Positions 57,069 to 62,818 of a stretch of DNA of 62,818 nucleotides are shown piece after piece (within the stretch, counting starts at the first letter, position 1; each line of letters opens with the position of its first letter). This stretch comes from a virus. Lineage: Duplodnaviria > Caudoviricetes. The stretch is taken from IMG/VR virus record IMGVR_UViG_3300029319_007025, positions 1-62,818 of that record; one strand, 5' to 3'. A program made the position numbers and the translations under genes. The notes beneath the pieces are model-generated. The model was not told where the DNA came from and did not search any database. It was given only the letters and a program-made list of their open reading frames with translations.

Positions 57069-57932
57069 ATGTATACGGAATGGAAAGAAGTCAATGATAA
57101 GCTAATTGGAACGGTGACGTTTGATGGCGTGAGCGATGCAATAGACAGGGTGGTACAAAGCGTACAGAACGGCGTTGGCGTATCGTTAGCGAACAAAGAC
57201 AAAGTGGGCACATGGTTTGACGATTATCATCTTGATTGGTTAGACAACAAGTCACGCGAAGACATCAAACGTTTGGTTGAGCGTCCGGACGCGAGCGCAA
57301 TCGCTGAAGTTGAACGTATACGTCAAAAGATTTCGGACGAAGTTGTAGAGTATAAGCAAATGATTACAAAGCGAAAGCGACGGCGCGGTTGTGAGCACGG
57401 TGACGAGATTGACGTGGATCGCTTTTTGGGTGGAGACATGTTCTGCTGGGAGCGCGTTGAGCATACGGATGTTCCTCGCAAGTCGATTACCATTGGTTGC
57501 AATGTGTCAATCGGCTGCAATCGTGACAGAGAGGATCTTTTATCACGTGGCGCGGCGGTATGTGCATTAGCAGAACATCTTACAGCAGAGGGCTACAATG
57601 TTGAGGTGGTTGCTGTGTTGAAATCATTGAATCCGTGGCAGAGAAAACAAGGTTCAATGGTCACAAGTGTTATGGTCAAGCGTATGGACATGCCATTGGA
57701 CGTTGCTGCAATCGTAACAGCAATGGCGGAAATCAGTTTCGCACGTGGCATTCTTGTTGGCAGCATCGTAACAGAAAGCAAGTACAAGATGTCAGGCGGT
57801 TTAGGATCGCCTGCTGAAGTCACAGGACGCGAGCAAAAAGAGTTGGGCATTGATACGTTATGTCCGATGGACATTTATTCACAAACACGAGCAACGGAAT
57901 GGGTCATTGATTGCATCAATGGCCTCGAATAA
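57069..57932 (+). CDS. Degenerate vWA/CobT-like partner of the AAA+ ATPase
   Basis: GDEIDVDRFLGG, RGAAVCAL...GYNVEV motifs; directly follows the ATPase. Confidence 0.65.
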   Translation: MYTEWKEVNDKLIGTVTFDGVSDAIDRVVQSVQNGVGVSLANKDKVGTWFDDYHLDWLDNKSREDIKRLVERPDASAIAEVERIRQKISDEVVEYKQMITKRKRRRGCEHGDEIDVDRFLGGDMFCWERVEHTDVPRKSITIGCNVSIGCNRDREDLLSRGAAVCALAEHLTAEGYNVEVVAVLKSLNPWQRKQGSMVTSVMVKRMDMPLDVAAIVTAMAEISFARGILVGSIVTESKYKMSGGLGSPAEVTGREQKELGIDTLCPMDIYSQTRATEWVIDCINGLE

Positions 57933-57947
57933 CAAAGGAGAATAGCA

Positions 57948-58235
57948 ATGAAGAAAGAATGGCAAGAATTAGAGGACAAACACATGGAGGGTTTGACGGA
58001 CGATGAGGTCAAGGTATTGGCAGAGGCAGAGGGCATACTTGAACTCGCCGACCTGTCAAAATTGTTACACCAGTATCTAACAAATGAGAATCAGCCAGAG
58101 TTCGCATTTATCACGACTCTGCTCATGGGCAAGGTCATACAGTTGACCCTCTCAATGAATGAAATGAAGAACCTGGTTGAAGACGAGCTTCTTAAGTTGG
58201 CTCTTCAAATGAAGAATCAGCCCTTTGATAATTGA
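57948..58235 (+). CDS. Hypothetical protein
   Basis: SD AAGGAG. Confidence 0.6.
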   Translation: MKKEWQELEDKHMEGLTDDEVKVLAEAEGILELADLSKLLHQYLTNENQPEFAFITTLLMGKVIQLTLSMNEMKNLVEDELLKLALQMKNQPFDN

Positions 58236-58256
58236 AAAAAGCAAAAGACAAATATC

Positions 58257-58481
58257 ATGGCAGCAGACAAAGCAGTTCGCAAAGCAGCGAGAAAAATAAA
58301 GAAAGCAACGTCAATCAATCAGGTTGCTGAAGTGTTGGACGCTCTATACGATGAAAAGTATGAGGAGCGAGATGATGACATGGAAGCAGCGATTGCATAC
58401 GTGAAAGATCCAACGCTACAAAAAGAACGAGAGCACGACCTCCTCAAAGAGGTTCTACAGTTCCTCAGCACACTCGATTAG
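58257..58481 (+). CDS. Hypothetical protein
   Basis: ORF continuing the operon. Confidence 0.55.
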   Translation: MAADKAVRKAARKIKKATSINQVAEVLDALYDEKYEERDDDMEAAIAYVKDPTLQKEREHDLLKEVLQFLSTLD

Positions 58482-58513
58482 CATCACCTAATCGCATACC
58501 CTCATACCACAAC

Positions 58514-58729
58514 CTAAGAATCAGCAATGAAACCAGGACGCAGGTTAGCGAACGCTCGTCTGAGCTGTGCTTGGTTGTCCTCGATCTCAATCAATATCAA
58601 ACGCCGAAGGTAATCATCCAGCCAAGCGTCGCTACAAGCGTCACAGAGGGTTATATCCTTCTTCTCTATGCTGTCACGGTACGTGCCCATGTCATCACTT
58701 TGATTCTTACATTTATCACAATTACTCAT
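58514..58729 (-). CDS. Small zinc-finger-like protein
   Basis: CDKC...CDAC; AAGGAGCAAAGCA-ATG. Confidence 0.65.
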   Translation of the reverse strand: MSNCDKCKNQSDDMGTYRDSIEKKDITLCDACSDAWLDDYLRRLILIEIEDNQAQLRRAFANLRPGFIADS

Positions 58730-58861
58730 TGCTTTGCTCCTTCACTATAATGATGAATGAGCGCGGTATATCTGACGAAGTATTTTACCATTTACCCTTA
58801 TACGTGAATTGATTGATTGCCGAACTTGCAATCGCTCAGCGACTCAAGTTAGTTTACTTTC

Positions 58862-59431
58862 ATGCCCGGTTCTAAGAGTGGTTTGAAAGTTGACTCTCTC
58901 ACAGAGAAGCAGCGTCGGTTTGTCGAAGCATACCTAGGTGAAGCAGACGGAAACGCATATGAAGCCGCGAAGATAGCAGGGTACGGAGGCAACAAGCGTT
59001 CGCTTGAGGTCATTGGTAGTGAGAACTTGAGAAAACCTGAGATCCGAAAGGCTATTGATGCCCGTACACAGACAGGAGGATTGGTCGCTACACGTGAAGA
59101 AAGACAAGCATTCCTTACCAAGGTGATGAGAGCTGAGACAAGACGAATGCCCGAACGACTGAAAGCAGCAGAGATGCTTTGTAAGATGCATGGCGACTTC
59201 ACCGAACGCCATATGGTGGACATGACAGTGAACAGACAAGAACGTGAAAGAGAGTTGGCTATATTCCTAACCGAGCTGAAAGCAAGAGACTCAGCACGTA
59301 AAGAACAAAAGAAATTAGAGGCTTCGGTAAATACGATACCATTGCTAAACGATACGAATATAGAACCCGCTCAAGTTATAGATATACAAGCAACGCCAAT
59401 AGACAAACAAACAACAACCAACGAGAGCTAG
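58862..59431 (+). CDS. terS: Terminase small subunit
   Basis: LTEKQRRFVEAYL...AAKIAGY...ENLRKPEI; RLKAAEML. Confidence 0.92.
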   Translation: MPGSKSGLKVDSLTEKQRRFVEAYLGEADGNAYEAAKIAGYGGNKRSLEVIGSENLRKPEIRKAIDARTQTGGLVATREERQAFLTKVMRAETRRMPERLKAAEMLCKMHGDFTERHMVDMTVNRQERERELAIFLTELKARDSARKEQKKLEASVNTIPLLNDTNIEPAQVIDIQATPIDKQTTTNES

Positions 59432-59734
59432 AATGTCAACAACGACTAACACAGCTCAATACCCGTTTGCTATAAAGCGTTACAGCACAGCAAAGCATAC
59501 GCTGTTTCATACACAGCAGAGCACAGCACCAAATACCATACACAGCAAAATGGCAACGCCAGTGTGTATATATAATAAAGAGTACCTTTCTCAAGTTCTG
59601 TTGGCGTCAAGCCGCCTTGCACTGCTGCTCTTGCAATTCATATTGCATATACCCAGTTTGAAAGGCACTACTCTACACCAACTCTGGAAAAAGCATATTC
59701 CAAAAGAGGGTGGAGGTATGCGGTTTGAATTGCA

Positions 59735-59862
59735 GTGTAAGGGCAACTTGCGCAAGTGTAAGGTTGCCTTGCACCGCTCACTCAGCGGCACTCTTTGCTG
59801 CGAGCGAGAGTGCAAAGAAGAGCAGCACCGACACCGGAATGCCGGTGCAAGACGCCTTGCAA
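59735..59862 (+). ncRNA. Candidate multi-hairpin RNA or cis element between terS and terL
   Basis: Five consecutive stem-loops, several with G-U pairs. Confidence 0.35.
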
Positions 59863-59971
59863 AAAGCGCAAGATGCGTTGCAGCGCAGGGTTTTCGCAGC
59901 GCGAATTTTGAGGAGATACTTACCCCCTCGTACAATTTTGGGAAAATCCAAAGGGGAGGGTATACCCCCCA

Positions 59972-61300
59972 ATGAGCACAGAAGAAAAATCGCTAGCGCA
60001 AGTTCTTGCTGATTTGCCGGACGCAGATCGCGCAAGGATGCTTGATGCATTGAGCGCTGAAACGCTGTCCGACCTGATGAACAGTTGGGAATTTTTGGCG
60101 CGTCCAAAACAGAAGCCGCCCGCTGGCAACTGGCGCATTTGGTTGATAATGGCAGGGCGTGGGTTTGGCAAAACACGAACAGGTGCCGAATGGGTGCGCG
60201 GCAAAGTTGAGGCAGGCACGGCAAGGCGTATCGCATTGATTGGACGAACCGCGGCAGACGTTCGAGATGTAATGGTCGAAGGGCCTAGCGGCATAATTGC
60301 GATAAGTGCGCCAGGTATGGTGCCTACGTATATACCCTCAAAGCGTAAGCTAGTATGGCCTAACGGCGCTGTGGCGCAAATGTTCTCCGCTGACGAACCG
60401 AACCTCCTCCGTGGGCCGCAGTTCGATTGTGCCTGGGCAGACGAGCTTGCCGCGTGGAAATACTACGAAGCGTTTGACCAAGTCATGTTTGGTTTGCGCT
60501 TGGGTAGTGACCCTAGGTGTGTGGTAACAACTACGCCACGTCCTGTGAAGATTATACGCGACTTGCTTGCTGCGAAGAACTGCACCGTAACAACGGGGAG
60601 CACGTTTGAGAATCGTGCTAATCTTGCGCCACAATTTTTTGAAGAAATCGTAAAGAAGTATGAGGGTACATCCCTAGGGCAGCAAGAGCTTTACGCGCAA
60701 GTCATCGACGAGATGCCAGGCGCATTGTGGTCACGTGATCTGCTTGAGAATTGTCGTACCAACGAAGTGACGCACAGCCTTGTCCGTACGGTTGTTGCTA
60801 TCGACCCAGCAATGGGCGGCACGAAAGGTGAGACAGGTATTCTTGTTTGCGCGGTTGATACACAGGGTCACGGCGTTGTGCTTGAGGATTGTTCGATACG
60901 CGGAACGCCAGATCAATGGGCAAGGAAGGCAGTGTTTGCTTATCACAAATACCAAGCAGACAGAATCGTGGCCGAAGTCAATCAAGGCGGCGACCTGGTT
61001 GAGCGCGTTCTTCGTACGGTTGACGAGAATGTGTCCTATAAGAAAGTGCGAGCATCGAAAGGCAAGATGGCCCGCGCTGAACCCATCGCCGCTTTGTACG
61101 AGCAAGGCAAGGTTATACACCTAGGGCACTTTCTCAAACTAGAGGACCAGATGTGTTCATACGTGCCGGGAGAAACAACGTCACCCGACCGGCTTGATGC
61201 ACTCGTCTGGGGGCTAACGGATTTATTGCTTGGCAAACGTCAGGTGCTATCGCTTGCGGTAGGTGACTTTGGATTGAGGACAGCGCCATGGAAAATGTAG
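59972..61300 (+). CDS. terL: Terminase large subunit (Terminase_6-like)
   Basis: AGRGFGKT, AWADE, TTTP, AIDP, SPDRLDA. Confidence 0.97.
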   Translation: MSTEEKSLAQVLADLPDADRARMLDALSAETLSDLMNSWEFLARPKQKPPAGNWRIWLIMAGRGFGKTRTGAEWVRGKVEAGTARRIALIGRTAADVRDVMVEGPSGIIAISAPGMVPTYIPSKRKLVWPNGAVAQMFSADEPNLLRGPQFDCAWADELAAWKYYEAFDQVMFGLRLGSDPRCVVTTTPRPVKIIRDLLAAKNCTVTTGSTFENRANLAPQFFEEIVKKYEGTSLGQQELYAQVIDEMPGALWSRDLLENCRTNEVTHSLVRTVVAIDPAMGGTKGETGILVCAVDTQGHGVVLEDCSIRGTPDQWARKAVFAYHKYQADRIVAEVNQGGDLVERVLRTVDENVSYKKVRASKGKMARAEPIAALYEQGKVIHLGHFLKLEDQMCSYVPGETTSPDRLDALVWGLTDLLLGKRQVLSLAVGDFGLRTAPWKM

Positions 61301-62199
61301 CAACATGCGAACACCACGCACCAATGGTGTGTAAACATGTAGGTCAAGGTAGTGCAGAAAATTTTCTCAAAGCAGATGAGCTTGCATTAATCAAAAAAGC
61401 AAAACGCTCATTTCCAAGAGAGCTTGAAACAGCAACACAGCCTTTGAAACGTGCACTAAGAAGATTCTTTCGCAAGATCGTGAAACGTGAAATAGCAAAA
61501 CTTCAAAGAGCAGGCACACTTAGGTTGTTCTCAAGCCGTGCCGGAGGGCAGGTTCGCAAGGCTGAAGTCACTTTGAAAAAAGCAATATCTCAAAAGGATA
61601 GGAAACAGTTCGGCGAACTCGTCAAGACATACGGCATACGCACCCAGGAACGAGCAGGGAAGCGCACAGCGAAGCAACTCGGGGGCAAGTGGTCTGTGCG
61701 CCCTGAAGATCAAACGCGCTTCATAGCGGAGCGTGAGCTTGTGTGGGGCAAGACGCTGAACCAAATCAATGTCGATCTTGAGGACACATTCCGCGACGTG
61801 TTGGTTGATTCAGCGAACGCTGAACCACGTCCAGGCATAAACACGATAACCCGCAACCTATTCGACGCAGCACTCTCAGCGGGAGGCGTTATAAGCCCAG
61901 GCAGGGCAGAGCGCATAGCGAGAACAGAAATGCATGTCTTTCAAAATGATGGCATCTATAAGGGCTATCGCGCTTCGGGTATAAAGAAGCTACGCTGGGT
62001 TACAATCATGGACGGCAGAGAGCGCCGTGAAAAAAGAACAAACCACGCACTACAAAGCAATGTTACCGTGCCAGTTGGATCTGCTTTTGTAATGAAAGCC
62101 TCTGGCGGCAAATTGCGTTACCCAGGCGACACGTCGCTGGGCGCTAAACCTTTTGATACAGTCAATTGCCGTTGCACTACAGTTCCTGTAATTGAGTAA
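61288..62199 (+). CDS. MuF / SPP1 gp7-like minor head protein
   Basis: RAERIARTE, LRYPGD, NCRC; start uncertain. Confidence 0.9.
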   Translation: MENVATCEHHAPMVCKHVGQGSAENFLKADELALIKKAKRSFPRELETATQPLKRALRRFFRKIVKREIAKLQRAGTLRLFSSRAGGQVRKAEVTLKKAISQKDRKQFGELVKTYGIRTQERAGKRTAKQLGGKWSVRPEDQTRFIAERELVWGKTLNQINVDLEDTFRDVLVDSANAEPRPGINTITRNLFDAALSAGGVISPGRAERIARTEMHVFQNDGIYKGYRASGIKKLRWVTIMDGRERREKRTNHALQSNVTVPVGSAFVMKASGGKLRYPGDTSLGAKPFDTVNCRCTTVPVIE

Positions 62200-62208
62200 G
62201 AGAAAATC

Positions 62209-62818
62209 ATGGCTACAAAGAATGACAAAGTAAATTTAAATATCATAGGCACAACCGGCCTCCGCAGAGAGGATGGTTACATCTACGATGAATGGCTGCC
62301 ACAGCTCAAAGGAGATAACCGAAACAAAGTATACCGGCAGATGCGTGATAACGACGCGATAGTCGGCGCATTTATGTACGCGGTTGAGTCGCTTGTCAGG
62401 CAGGTTCATTACTATGTGAAACCAGCAAACAAAACAACGGAGGCTGCCGAGCAAGCAAAGTTTGTTGAGACATGTTTGAGTGACATGAGCCACACGTTAT
62501 CCGACTTGCTTTCAGAGATACTTACCATGCTTGTATATGGTTGGTCATACTTCGAGGTTGTTTATAAAGTTAGAGCAGGTTCAAAGAATAAAAAAGCAAG
62601 CCATCGCTCAAGGTATGATGACGGCAAAATTGGTTGGAGAAAAATATCACAGCGAGCGCAGAACACGCTTGACCACTGGGAGTTCGATGACGATGGCGGC
62701 ATCAGAGGTATGTGGCAGCAAGATCCTAACGCAGGCAACTATGGCAAAGCATCAATCGTGTACCTACCGATTGAACGCAGCTTGTTATTCCGTACGCAAA
62801 CAAACAGGAACAACCCAG
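62209..62818 (+). CDS. Portal protein, N-terminal part (continues at position 1)
   Basis: ATG 62209, MATKNDKVNLNIIGTTGL...YRQMRDNDAIVG...YGWSYFEVVY; in frame with 1-789. Confidence 0.9.
   Translation, partial: MATKNDKVNLNIIGTTGLRREDGYIYDEWLPQLKGDNRNKVYRQMRDNDAIVGAFMYAVESLVRQVHYYVKPANKTTEAAEQAKFVETCLSDMSHTLSDLLSEILTMLVYGWSYFEVVYKVRAGSKNKKASHRSRYDDGKIGWRKISQRAQNTLDHWEFDDDGGIRGMWQQDPNAGNYGKASIVYLPIERSLLFRTQTNRNNP
62719..62818. repeat. Terminal direct repeat, copy 2
   Basis: 99/100 identical to 1-100. Confidence 0.97.

Noticed and set aside
59433-59975. 180-aa ORF (and overlapping ORFs) between terS and terL
   Set aside because: No clear SD, no recognisable motif, and composition dictated by repeats and palindromes. 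Cannot be fully excluded.
1-62818. tRNA genes and the many short antisense ORFs in the track
   Set aside because: No cloverleaf with T-loop/D-loop consensus was seen by eye (tRNAscan-SE would be decisive). Antisense ORFs overlap well-supported genes and lack RBSs or motifs.

Overview
The window is an apparently complete, circularly permuted dsDNA tailed-phage genome of about 62.7 kb. Bases 62719-62818 repeat bases 1-100 with one synonymous mismatch, and the portal gene runs across that junction. It has siphovirus architecture: terminase, MuF, portal, head, neck, tail tube, a frameshifted tail chaperone, tape measure, tail tip, fibres and lysis genes on +. A replication/recombination operon lies on - (helicase, primase, UDG-PolA fusion, UvsY-like, gp32-like SSB, RecA, SbcCD, QueD, resolvase). 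Two early operons on + begin at duplicated control regions and carry two different AAA-ATPase/vWA pairs, a DenV-like glycosylase, a sigma-like factor and an SF2 helicase. No integrase, tRNA or CRISPR array was recognised. The best candidate for a new system is a 7-deazaguanine (preQ0) pathway in which queE, folE and queC sit inside the head-assembly module and the TGT/DpdA-like transglycosylase is fused to the XkdF-type prohead protease. Lys-X junctions in that fusion and in a neighbouring modular protein suggest proteolytic release of cargo inside the capsid, i.e. packaging-coupled DNA modification. Other signals are a stem-loop after ssb whose loop is antisense to a conserved GGAGAAAGC translation-initiation motif shared by many early/replication genes, parS-like sites in a phage lacking parAB, and structured non-coding regions between terS and terL and after the XRE regulator. 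All family assignments come from motif recognition by eye; no searches or folding programs were run.
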